This document shows positions 18,279 to 27,431 of a stretch of 41,527 nt of DNA, in pieces. The position numbers were made by a program, and so were the translations under genes. Numbering within the stretch: the first letter of the stretch is position 1; every line of letters starts with the position of its first letter. A model generated the notes under the pieces. That model was not told the origin of the DNA, searched no databases, and saw only the letters and a program-made list of their open reading frames with translations. The stretch is from SAR324 cluster bacterium (GTDB lineage: Bacteria > SAR324 > XYD2-FULL-50-16): the NCBI GenBank assembly GCA_033791585.1, contig JASJGK010000209.1, positions 1 through 41,527 on the forward strand, in the 5' to 3' direction.

Positions 18279-19808
18279 ATGAGTGATAAAGCAATTGTGG
18301 CAGATAATAAGCCAAAAAAAGTAGAATTAACCAAAGGGGAAGAGTACTATTTTTGTGCCTGCGGGAAGTCTACTAATCAGCCCTTTTGTGATGGATCACA
18401 TAAAGGGACATCCTTTGTTCCCAAAAAATTTACAGCAGAAGATTCAAGTGATGCCTATCTTTGTATGTGTAAACAGAGTAAAAATACTCCCTTTTGTGAT
18501 GGTAGTCATAAATCAATCACTGATGAAGATGTTGGAAAAGTTGCAGCATCAGCAGCACCTCAAGATGCTACCTCAACTCCTGAGGAACCCTATGTGGCCT
18601 ATATTCATGAGCTAGCAAAAAATGGTCTATCTAAGGTCGGCCATCATGGAGAAATGGGTGCCATGGGAGTTCCAGCAAAAGATTTACCCAATTGGGATGA
18701 TATTCAGTTCCTTACAGCTCAGATGTCCAAGAAGCCGCTACTGGATGACGCCTCTGTTGGCACGGAACTGGTAATTGGGAAGAATGCAAAAAAGCCATTA
18801 ACACTAAAAATACCAATCTTTGTTTCTGATATGAGTTTTGGCGCATTATCAGAAGAATCAAAGATTGCTTTAGCTAAAGGAGCGGAAGCTGCTGGTACTG
18901 GAATTTGCTCTGGAGAAGGGGGAATGCTTCCTGAAGAACAGCAGAGTAATACAAGGTATTTCTATGAACTTGCTTCAGCTAAATTCGGGTACTCAGAAGA
19001 TAAGCTAAAAAATGTCCAAGCATTTCACTTTAAGGGTGGGCAAGGCGCTAAAACAGGAACAGGTGGCCATCTTCCTGGTAATAAAGTTAAAGGGAAAATA
19101 TCTGAAGTAAGACAGATTGAAGAAGGGCATGACGCCATTTCACCTTCAACATTTACAGATTTACATACAGTTGAAGATTTTAAGAATTTTGCCGACAGAG
19201 TTCGTGAGATTACAGGAGGAATTCCAATTGGATTTAAACTTTCAGCGCAACATATCGAAGAAGATATTGAATTTGCGGTACAGTCTAGCGCCGACTATAT
19301 TATTTTAGATGGTAGAGGAGGAGGAACAGGTGCCGCTCCATTAATTTTTAGGGAGAACATCTCGGTTCCAACAATCCCCGCTCTTGCTAGAGCTAGGCAC
19401 TACCTTGATAAAAAAGGATATGACCATGTAACTTTAATTGTTACTGGGGGCTTAAGGACCGCCGCAGACTTTGCTAAGGCATTGGCTCTAGGTGCTGATG
19501 GAATCGCTGTTTCAAATTCTGCAATGCAGGCAATAGGCTGCGTAGGAGCAAGGATGTGCAACACCAACAACTGTCCAGCAGGAATAGCAACGCAAAAGCC
19601 AGAACTGAGAAAGAAGTTAGATATTACTGATGCGTCTAAAAAATTAGCTAGATTTTTCGACGCTTCTGTTGACTTGATGAAAATCATGGCAAGGGCCTGT
19701 GGCCATGATCATCTAAATCTATTATCGAAACACGACCTCACCACTTGGAAAAGAGAGATGAGTGATTTATCGGGAGTGAAATTTAGTGGTCTAAGCGAGT
19801 TTAAGTAA
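18279..19808 (+). CDS. Double CDGSH 2Fe-2S domain fused to an FMN-binding glutamate-synthase-like domain
   Basis: Two CxCxxS...PFCDGSH motifs; DMSFGALS, SGEGG, KGGQGAKTGTGG, DGRGGGTGAAP; 3Fe-4S motif CVGARMCNTNNCP. Confidence 0.92.
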   Translation: MSDKAIVADNKPKKVELTKGEEYYFCACGKSTNQPFCDGSHKGTSFVPKKFTAEDSSDAYLCMCKQSKNTPFCDGSHKSITDEDVGKVAASAAPQDATSTPEEPYVAYIHELAKNGLSKVGHHGEMGAMGVPAKDLPNWDDIQFLTAQMSKKPLLDDASVGTELVIGKNAKKPLTLKIPIFVSDMSFGALSEESKIALAKGAEAAGTGICSGEGGMLPEEQQSNTRYFYELASAKFGYSEDKLKNVQAFHFKGGQGAKTGTGGHLPGNKVKGKISEVRQIEEGHDAISPSTFTDLHTVEDFKNFADRVREITGGIPIGFKLSAQHIEEDIEFAVQSSADYIILDGRGGGTGAAPLIFRENISVPTIPALARARHYLDKKGYDHVTLIVTGGLRTAADFAKALALGADGIAVSNSAMQAIGCVGARMCNTNNCPAGIATQKPELRKKLDITDASKKLARFFDASVDLMKIMARACGHDHLNLLSKHDLTTWKREMSDLSGVKFSGLSEFK

Positions 19809-20045
19809 TTTCTATCCATCCCTTTTCGTCTTCAATGTAATGTGGAAGCGGGGGGAAATTACTGCCGAGTAAGTATATGAACCAACTCAAACACCACTTT
19901 TGAGCCGTTAGGTTATCTACCTGAGTCAAAACAATAGACCACCAGCCCCTTCTTCTTTCGCTCGGTTATAGCAAAAGACCTCCAAGGCTATTTTACAAAA
20001 AGGAGTTGACCCTCTCCCCAGTACTAGTTATAGAAATAATTATAA

Positions 20046-20845
20046 AACCAAATTTATTTCAAATCAGACAAATCCAACTCCAGACTAGCACGCGCTGGTA
20101 ACACACAAAACAGGGACTCAACTCAACTAAGAATTACGTTTTCCCAAGAGCTAGGAGACAATTCAAACCTCAGCCTTGGCCGTTCATCCTCTGTGGATCT
20201 AGCTCATTTTGATTTTAAATTTGACCAAAGCAAGCAGATCAAAGGTGCAAAATTTCAGGCTTTACGAATACACAAATTCAAAGAGGTTTTGCTGAAAACC
20301 CCAAGCCTTTTGGAAAATAAAACCAAAATGGGCGTTGGCCTAACAGCTCTTGCATTTAAGTATGACCCTTGGTCTTTTGCGCCCTACCAGACACGCCTAA
20401 TTGAGGGTGAGGCCCTTTTTAATTTTGCTTCCACTGTGGGCTATGAAGATTTTCTACTAGCAAGCGCGGCCCTCGCTTAGGTACAACCTTGGGAAAGCGC
20501 CACTCCTTGGCAGAATCGCCTCATTGGTAGTGGTGACCTTGTTAGTTTTCCCTTGCGCCTTGAAGGCCTAGTCACTTTAGGCCCAGGCGAAACTTGCAGA
20601 TTCGAACAGCTTTGGAACAAGACCTTTTATTTTTGAAGGGGGAACTTTATCTAAAAACCAAAACCGTAGGGGGCAAACCTCAGCTTCGCCTCTGGCCCAG
20701 TGGGCCAATTGAGCCAAAACTCACCTTGTCTGCCATGCGCACCACTGAGGAGTTGATGCAAACAGCACCGACCCAAGAAAATACCAGCTTCCGCCAACGA
20801 GATGAGGCCAAACTTATGTTGGCCCTGTTTTTTTTGGTAAGATAA
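20046..20845 (+). pseudogene. Decayed gene, possibly an outer-membrane protein
   Basis: One frame is open from 20046, has a single TAG at 20478, continues for about 50 codons, then shifts to the 20594 frame; no good start or SD. Confidence 0.5.
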
Positions 20846-21205
20846 ATTGAAGGGGTCAAGGAAGCTTTTTGAGCCGTTTTTTTACTATCAAAGCCCCTAT
20901 TCTAACAAGAAATTTATAAGCAATACTTCTAAACCAGTCCCGTCTAAACTATCACTGTGAGAACAAACTGCCTCGGTTGAAAACTCCTAAAAGGCGGTGT
21001 CACCAATGAGCCTAAGCGTAGATTTTTTATTCACAAGTTTGATTTTTGTACATTTCCAATCAATATCCATGAAGCTAGAAAATAGCGAAACTCCAAGGCC
21101 AAGGGGGCAGCAAATGCAAAGCACTCTTGCAGTAGGTTTACAATTGAGCTACAAAAAACTATCGCCCTACTTCCGTTAAGCTCCACCCTATTGGCAAACT
21201 ATAAG

Positions 21206-22624
21206 ATGGTAAATCTTAGTAAAATTTTAATTGTCGATGATGAGCAAAGGTCCCTAGAGGCTTTGACAAGAACCCTAGACGAAGATTTTGAAGTTTTGGC
21301 AGCCGTCAATGCTACTGATGCTTACAAGATTTTAGAAGAGCAAGAAGTTAAGGTTATTTTATGCGATAATCGGATGCCAGGAACTTCTGGCGTTGAGTTT
21401 TTGACCCAAGTTAGAATCAAGTGGCCCAAGGCAATTCGCCTATTGATTTCGGCCTATTCTGATGTGGAAGATATCATTGATGGAATCAACGACGGTGGAA
21501 TTTACCAATTCATCGCAAAGCCATGGCACCCTAATAATTTAATTGTTATTATTAAAAATGTAGTCAAACTCTACAATTTGCAACTAGATAACAAGCTTTT
21601 AGCGGCAGAAACAAGACTGACCACTGAGGTGGTGCAGATGCACAATCTTAAAACCCAAAAGAAATTGATCGATAATTTTCATATCGATTCCATTTTTCGG
21701 TCTAAAAATTCCCCTCTTAATTTTGCCTGCGACCAACTCATGAAAGTTGCTCCTTACGATATTTCTGTGTTGATCACTGGTGAATCAGGTACTGGAAAGG
21801 AAATGTTTGCTAGGGCCTTGCATTATAACTCAGGCCGCTCAAAAAAGCCTTTTGTAGCTGAGAATTGCGCTGCTCTTTCTGATGAATTTTTAATCAGCGA
21901 ACTCTTCGGGCATAAAAAAGGGTCCTTTACTGGCGCAGTGAGCGAACACATAGGCCTTCTCGAACAAGCCAATGGAGGGACCGTTTTTTTAGATGAGATT
22001 GGCGATGTCACCAAAAGCTTCCAAGTTAAATTACTTAGGGTGTTACAAGAAGGCGAGATGAGGCCTCTTGGGAGCAACCAAAGTCAAAAGGTGGATATTC
22101 GTATTGTTGCTGCAACCAACTTAAACTTGGAGGAAGAGGTTAAAGCTGGCAGGTTTAGAGCCGACTTATATTTCCGTTTAGCCACAGTTTCGATCGATCT
22201 AACACCTTTGCGAGAGCGGCGAGAAGACATAGAAATTATTGCTGAAAAAGTTCTGGAAAAAGCGATAACAACCTTTGGTAAGAAAATAAAAGGTTTTACA
22301 GCTGAGACATTAGGCCTCTTTAAGGCCTTTGATTGGCCAGGCAACGTCAGAGAATTACAAAACGAGGTCCAACGCTCTCTAGTTCTGTGTAGCGGTGATT
22401 GGATTGAGCCTAGTGATCTTTCCCCAAAGTTCCATCCAATGTTAAAGGCTACTGCTTCTGAAAAATTTTCTACTCTCCAAGGTAGTTTGAGCGAACAGGT
22501 GCAAGCCTTTGAGCAAAAAATCATTCAGGCGGCAATGGCCCGCAATAAAAATAATAAAACTAAAGTCGCCGATGAGCTTGGTCTTTCCCGTGTTGGCCTA
22601 CGCAGCAAGTTAGACCGATTTTAG
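21206..22624 (+). CDS. hoxA: sigma54-dependent hydrogenase response regulator (HoxA/HupR)
   Basis: Receiver domain (IVDDE, CDNRMP, KPWHP), AAA+ domain (GESGTGKE, ELFGHKKGSFTGA, FLDEIG, WPGNVREL), HTH LGLSRVGLRSKL; directly upstream of the hydrogenase genes. Confidence 0.88.
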   Translation: MVNLSKILIVDDEQRSLEALTRTLDEDFEVLAAVNATDAYKILEEQEVKVILCDNRMPGTSGVEFLTQVRIKWPKAIRLLISAYSDVEDIIDGINDGGIYQFIAKPWHPNNLIVIIKNVVKLYNLQLDNKLLAAETRLTTEVVQMHNLKTQKKLIDNFHIDSIFRSKNSPLNFACDQLMKVAPYDISVLITGESGTGKEMFARALHYNSGRSKKPFVAENCAALSDEFLISELFGHKKGSFTGAVSEHIGLLEQANGGTVFLDEIGDVTKSFQVKLLRVLQEGEMRPLGSNQSQKVDIRIVAATNLNLEEEVKAGRFRADLYFRLATVSIDLTPLRERREDIEIIAEKVLEKAITTFGKKIKGFTAETLGLFKAFDWPGNVRELQNEVQRSLVLCSGDWIEPSDLSPKFHPMLKATASEKFSTLQGSLSEQVQAFEQKIIQAAMARNKNNKTKVADELGLSRVGLRSKLDRF

Positions 22625-22703
22625 TAGGAGTATTTTAAAGCCTTTTCTGTAGGGTTTAAACACAAACACCCCCCCTTATTTTCTCGAAATCCCCCACCCA
22701 ATA

Positions 22704-22738
22704 GAAAGTAACTTTCCAGTAAACGGAAAGTAACCTTC
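22704..22738. promoter_or_regulatory. Tandem palindromic upstream activator sites (candidate HoxA UAS)
   Basis: GAAAGTAACTTTC (22704) and GAAAGTAACCTTC (22726), 22-bp period. Confidence 0.65.
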
Positions 22739-22793
22739 CATATTCAATTTGCGAAATACACTGTATATAACTGATATTATGGTCTTTTATCTA

Positions 22794-22809
22794 TGGCACG
22801 CTTTATGTA
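22794..22809 (+). promoter_or_regulatory. sigma54 (-24/-12) promoter of the hydrogenase operon
   Basis: TGGCACG-CTTT-ATGTA: perfect -24 element, non-canonical -12 (GT for GC). Confidence 0.65.
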
Positions 22810-22884
22810 ATAGAAAACAGCTAATTGCTCATTTACTGGGCTTCCATTTTGGGCCTCCAAGCCCCCTTGATCAAAAGAGTTAAT

Positions 22885-23049
22885 ATGAAAAAAATTATTC
22901 TATGGACTAGTTTCTTTGTCCTACCAAATTTAGCTTTTGCCCACGAAGGGCACACTGATTTTAACGCCTTTCACATCCACGGTATTGTTGAATTGGTAAC
23001 AATCTCATTTGTAGCTTTGGCTGCTTTTCTTTATTTTAAACAACGCTAA
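22885..23049 (+). CDS. 54-aa His-rich peptide: signal peptide, HEGH..HIH, one TM helix (resembles the HupE/UreJ N-terminus)
   Basis: MKKIILWTSFFVLPNLAFA-HEGHTDFNAFHIHG-IVELVTISFVALAAFLYFKQR; first ORF after the promoter, 9 nt before hypB. Confidence 0.7.
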   Translation: MKKIILWTSFFVLPNLAFAHEGHTDFNAFHIHGIVELVTISFVALAAFLYFKQR

Positions 23050-23058
23050 GGTTTTCTC

Positions 23059-23850
23059 ATGTGCCAAGATTGCGGATGTATCGAAACTGCGGAACCCATC
23101 ATTGATGGGGTGAAGCACCACAGCCATGCCCAGGTTCATCACCATGATCATGGTCATTCTGAAAGCCATAGTCACGGCCAAGAAATAAGCATCAAACAGG
23201 CTATACTGAGTAAAAATAACCATTCAGCAAGCCACAACAGAGAACATTTTTTAAGGAGTGGCATTTTTTGTTGCAACTGGATTAGTGCCCCTGGATCAGG
23301 CAAAACTAGTTTATTGGAAAGCCTAATTAAATCTGGTTTTCTAAAAAGGCCGCTGACAGTAATCGAAGGCGACCAAGCAACAGATAATGATGCGACAAGA
23401 ATAAGGGAAGCAGGTGCCAAAGCTGTCCAGATCAATACTGGCTCGGCTTGCCACTTAGATGCTGATATGATCCATAAAGCCCTGCACAAATTAGAACCGA
23501 CAAATGAGTCAATTGTAATGGTAGAAAATGTAGGCAATATGGTTTGCCCCACTGCCTTTGACTTAGGTGAAAACGTGAAAATTGCCGTTGTTTCCACCCC
23601 AGAGGGTGCAGACAAGCCAATCAAGTACCCTGATTTAATCCTTACGGCAGATTGCCTAGTGATTAATAAAATCGACTTGATGCCCTATTTGAATTTTGAT
23701 CTTGAGCGCTGCTTGAGTGACGTTAAAAAGTTAAAACCCAATCTCCCTGTTTTTCCCCTTTCAGCAACTACAGGCGAAGGCCTTGAAGAGTTCGCCAACT
23801 GGATTGAAAAGCAAGCAATCGAAACAAAACTGCAAAAAGAGGTCTCATGA
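23059..23850 (+). CDS. hypB: Nickel-insertion GTPase HypB
   Basis: CQDCGC, His-rich tract, PGSGKT, CHLDA, ENVGNMVCP, NKID. Confidence 0.96.
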   Translation: MCQDCGCIETAEPIIDGVKHHSHAQVHHHDHGHSESHSHGQEISIKQAILSKNNHSASHNREHFLRSGIFCCNWISAPGSGKTSLLESLIKSGFLKRPLTVIEGDQATDNDATRIREAGAKAVQINTGSACHLDADMIHKALHKLEPTNESIVMVENVGNMVCPTAFDLGENVKIAVVSTPEGADKPIKYPDLILTADCLVINKIDLMPYLNFDLERCLSDVKKLKPNLPVFPLSATTGEGLEEFANWIEKQAIETKLQKEVS

Positions 23851-24947
23851 GCAGCAAACCAACAATTTGGGAAGAATGCCAAGAAAAGGGCTATTCCCGA
23901 CGTGATTTTATGAAATTTTGTGGCTGGATAGCCGCAGCCAGTGGCATAGCATCTAGCCAGTTACCAAATGTGGTATGGGCATTAGAAAATAACCCTAGGC
24001 CCCCAATCATTTGGTTACATTTCCAAGAGTGTACCTGTTGCAGCGAGTCCTTTATTAAGTCAGCTCACCCCATTGTTGCAGATGTTATCTTAGATATGAT
24101 TTCTCTAGATTACACTGAAACCTTGCAAGCAGCATCAGGTCACCAAGCAGAGGCTGCGCTTCATAAAACGATGGAAGAGCACAAGGGTAAATACATCCTT
24201 ATGGTTGAGGGTAGCATCCCAATGGCCGACAATGGAATCCACTGTGTCATTGGAGGCAGAACTGCCAAGTCAATTGTTGAAGAAGCAGCAAAGGATGCCT
24301 TTGCCGTTGTTGGTTGGGGTAACTGTGCTTATGCTGGCTGTGTACAAGGTTCTAAGCCAAACCCAACAGAAGCAACTGCGGTCAAGCATTTTGTAAGTGG
24401 TAAGCCCTTAATTAATGTCCCTGGTTGCCCACCTATCGCCGATGTAATGGCAGGGGTTGTAACTCACCTGTTAACTTTTGGCACTATTCCCGAGTTGGAT
24501 AATAGTGGTAGACCCAAGGCTTTTTACGGAAAAAGGGTTCATGATTCTTGCTACAGAAGAGCTAATTTTGATGCTGGTCTTTTTGTTGAATCCTTTGACG
24601 ATGAAAATGCAAAAAAAGGCTATTGCCTCTATAAAATGGGCTGTAAGGGACCCGTTACCTATAATGCCTGTGCTGTAACCAAATGGAACGAGGGAACTAG
24701 TTTCCCAATCCAATCTGGTCATGGATGCATCGGTTGTAGTGAAGATGGATACTTTGATAATGGTGGAATCTACGAACACCTAGATAGCACCAAGGGATTT
24801 GCCATAGAAGGCACGGCAGACAAAATCGGCGCTACCTTGGCTGTTGCCACAGCTGCAGGTGTTGGCGCTCACTTTGTAGCCGCAAATGTAACAAAACAAA
24901 AAGAAATTAAAGAACGTATCGAAGAACATTCTGGAGACGATAAATGA
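23847..24947 (+). CDS. hyaA: Membrane-bound [NiFe] uptake hydrogenase small subunit (group 1d-like)
   Basis: Tat SRRDFMK; ECTCCSES, WGNCAYAGCVQ, PGCPP, HDSCYRR, CLYKMGCKGP, FPIQSGHGCIGC; C-terminal TM anchor. Confidence 0.95.
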   Translation: MSSKPTIWEECQEKGYSRRDFMKFCGWIAAASGIASSQLPNVVWALENNPRPPIIWLHFQECTCCSESFIKSAHPIVADVILDMISLDYTETLQAASGHQAEAALHKTMEEHKGKYILMVEGSIPMADNGIHCVIGGRTAKSIVEEAAKDAFAVVGWGNCAYAGCVQGSKPNPTEATAVKHFVSGKPLINVPGCPPIADVMAGVVTHLLTFGTIPELDNSGRPKAFYGKRVHDSCYRRANFDAGLFVESFDDENAKKGYCLYKMGCKGPVTYNACAVTKWNEGTSFPIQSGHGCIGCSEDGYFDNGGIYEHLDSTKGFAIEGTADKIGATLAVATAAGVGAHFVAANVTKQKEIKERIEEHSGDDK

Positions 24948-26662
24948 GCACACGAATTGTAGTAGACCCCGTAACAAGAATCGAAGGTCACCTTCGTATC
25001 GAAGCGGAGATCAAAGATGGAAAAATTATTGATGCTTGGTCATCCGGAACGATGGTTCGGGGCCTTGAAATTATCTTAAAGGGTCGTGACCCCCGTGATG
25101 CATGGGCTTTAGTTGGCCGTGTTTGCGGTGTTTGTACCTCAATGCACAGTTTGGTTTCTTGTAGAGCTGTAGAAAACTCCCTAAATATCAACATTCCAGC
25201 CAATGCGGAATTGATTCGAAATTTAATGCTAGCAGTCATTTACATGCAAGATCATGTGGTTCATTTTTACCATCTTCATGCCCTTGATTGGGTGGATGTT
25301 GTTAGCGCTTTGAGTGCCGACCCAAAGGAAACCAGTGCAATCCAAAAAAAGATTTCAAAGCATCCTAAGTCTAGCCCTAAGTACTTCGCTGATGTGCAAA
25401 ACCGCATCAAAAAGTTTGTCGCTTCAGGCCAATTAGGTGTTTTTGCAAATGGTTACTGGGGTCACAAGGCCTATAAGTTACCACCTGCTGTAAACTTACT
25501 GGCTGTTGCCCACTACTTAGAAGCTTTGGAATGGCAGAAAGAGATTGTTAAAGTCCACGCTATCTTTGGTGGTAAGCATCCCCATCCAAATTACGCTGTT
25601 GGTGGTATGCCTTGCGCAATAGATTTGAATGAAGTCGGTGCCATTAATATGGAACGGCTCAACCATGTTCAGCAGCTTTTAAAAGATGCTGACGAATTTA
25701 TCAAGCAGGTTTATGTTCCTGATTTAATGGCAATCGCACCCTACTACACTGATTGGGCCGCCATTGGTGGAGGCTTGCCAAACTATCTATCTTACGGTGA
25801 TATGCCCAAGGGTAGCTACAATGATCCAAGTACTTACAGAATGCCACGTGGTGTGATTTTAAACAGAGACTTGAGTGTGGTTCACCCCGTTGATGCTGAA
25901 AACCCACAAGAGATTACCGAGCAAGTAACAAATTCTTGGTACTCCTACGAAGGTGGAGATGAAACCAAATTACACCCTTATGATGGTGAGACCAAGTTTA
26001 ATTACACAGGCCCCACGCCCCCTTATGATAACCTTGATTTTAATGGCAAGTATTCTTGGATTAAAACCCCAAGGTGGAAAGGTCATGCAATGGAAGTTGG
26101 CCCTCTTTCCCGTATGCTTGTAGGCTACGCCTCAGGAAATACTGAAATCAAAGATGTGGTGAATGATGCATTAGGTAAACTTGGTGTAGGCGCCCCTGCA
26201 TTATTTAGTACCTTAGGCCGAACAGCTGCAAGGGGACTGGAAACTGTTTTAATGTCCAATTGGGCACAGGATGATTTTAACTCCTTAATTGCTAACATCA
26301 AAGCAGGCGATACTAGGGTCCACAATTCCGCTAATTTTCAGCCTGAAACTTGGCCTGTAGAATCCAGAGGGTTAGGTTTAGGTGAGGCCCCTCGTGGCGC
26401 TCTAGGCCATTTTATTACTATTAAAGATAAAAAGATTGAAAACTATCAACTTGTTGTTCCCACTACATGGAACGCTAGCCCAAGGGATGATGAAGGCCAA
26501 AGGTCTGCCTTTGAGGCTTCTTTGATTGGGACACCTGTTGAAAACCCAGATCAGCCCTTAGAGTTGATTAGAACAATCCATAGTTTTGATCCATGCCTTG
26601 CTTGTGCTGTGCACCTCTACGATGAAAAAGGGGAATACAAACACCAGCTTAACACCTTTTAG
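24944..26662 (+). CDS. hyaB: [NiFe] uptake hydrogenase large subunit
   Basis: DPVTRIEGH, L1 RVCGVC, L2 SFDPCLACAVH plus a 15-aa cleavable tail. Confidence 0.96.
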   Translation: MSTRIVVDPVTRIEGHLRIEAEIKDGKIIDAWSSGTMVRGLEIILKGRDPRDAWALVGRVCGVCTSMHSLVSCRAVENSLNINIPANAELIRNLMLAVIYMQDHVVHFYHLHALDWVDVVSALSADPKETSAIQKKISKHPKSSPKYFADVQNRIKKFVASGQLGVFANGYWGHKAYKLPPAVNLLAVAHYLEALEWQKEIVKVHAIFGGKHPHPNYAVGGMPCAIDLNEVGAINMERLNHVQQLLKDADEFIKQVYVPDLMAIAPYYTDWAAIGGGLPNYLSYGDMPKGSYNDPSTYRMPRGVILNRDLSVVHPVDAENPQEITEQVTNSWYSYEGGDETKLHPYDGETKFNYTGPTPPYDNLDFNGKYSWIKTPRWKGHAMEVGPLSRMLVGYASGNTEIKDVVNDALGKLGVGAPALFSTLGRTAARGLETVLMSNWAQDDFNSLIANIKAGDTRVHNSANFQPETWPVESRGLGLGEAPRGALGHFITIKDKKIENYQLVVPTTWNASPRDDEGQRSAFEASLIGTPVENPDQPLELIRTIHSFDPCLACAVHLYDEKGEYKHQLNTF

Positions 26663-26672
26663 AGGGTCAGTT

Positions 26673-27359
26673 ATGTCTGATTTTAATCACCAAATGATAA
26701 CTCCCGTCTATGTATGGGAGGTGCCTGTTCGTATCTTCCACTGGGTCAATGCTTTGGCCTTAGTGGTTTTAGGTGTAACAGGTTATTTAATAGGAAATCC
26801 CCCAGCTTTGCTAACGCAGGTTGAGGCCTATAATAGTTATTGGTTTGGCACCAATCGCTTCATTCATTTTGCTGCGGCTTACGTATTTTTGTTCAATTGG
26901 ATTTTTAGAATCTTTTGGTCATTCGTAGGTAATTCTTACGCAAGGTGGAATAATTTTATCCCTATGACAGGGCAGCAGTGGGCAGAAATCATACAGGTAA
27001 TCAAAATAGATATTATGATGGTTACCAGTGGTCAGATTAAATCCAAGGGGCACAACGCCTTGGCTTCTTTAATCTACTTGATTTTGGCCTTTGTTTCACT
27101 CTATTCTATCTTAACGGGTTTTGCTCTTTATGCGCCAATGAGTGATTCTATGATTCCAGGCTTTTTTGCATGGTTTGGTGGTTTCTTCGACTCTGAAATG
27201 TCTCTGCGCTATTGGCACCATGCTGCACTTTGGTTTTATGGGTTATTTGTCATCACTCACGTTTACCTAGTGGCTTTCCACGACTTTATTGAAGCTAGAG
27301 GGGTTATCTCTAGTATCGTTGGTGGTTGGAAGTTTATTTTTAATGACGAGCACAAATAA
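26673..27359 (+). CDS. hyaC: Ni/Fe hydrogenase cytochrome b subunit
   Basis: VYVWEVPVRIFHW, RFIHF, GHNALA, WHH, THVY; start trimmed to ATG 26673 after GAGGG. Confidence 0.94.
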   Translation: MSDFNHQMITPVYVWEVPVRIFHWVNALALVVLGVTGYLIGNPPALLTQVEAYNSYWFGTNRFIHFAAAYVFLFNWIFRIFWSFVGNSYARWNNFIPMTGQQWAEIIQVIKIDIMMVTSGQIKSKGHNALASLIYLILAFVSLYSILTGFALYAPMSDSMIPGFFAWFGGFFDSEMSLRYWHHAALWFYGLFVITHVYLVAFHDFIEARGVISSIVGGWKFIFNDEHK

Positions 27360-27385
27360 TTTAATTTCTACTATTGTTCTCTAAA

Positions 27386-27403
27386 GGGCGGCGTGAGCCG
27401 CTC
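27386..27403 (+). other. GC-rich hairpin with a GNRA loop between structural and maturation genes
   Basis: GGGCGGC-GTGA-GCCGCTC in AT-rich intergenic DNA; no U-tract on the + strand. Confidence 0.55.
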
Positions 27404-27431
27404 ATAAACCATAAAAAACCAATTAAAAACT

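Noticed and set aside
20478-20480. In-frame TAG as pyrrolysine or readthrough
   Set aside because: A frameshift follows about 110 nt later and no pyl genes are seen; decay is the simpler explanation.
20936-20944. AGTCCCGTC match to the tRNA-Asp T-arm as an attR site
   Set aside because: A 9-bp match is expected by chance and does not include the tRNA 3' end.
20997-21179. 60-aa ORF before hoxA
   Set aside because: No SD or motif; probably the hoxA promoter region.
26581-26615. Selenocysteine ([NiFeSe]) in the large subunit
   Set aside because: The L2 motif DPCLAC uses TGC/TGT codons, with no TGA; the sensor large subunit also uses Cys.
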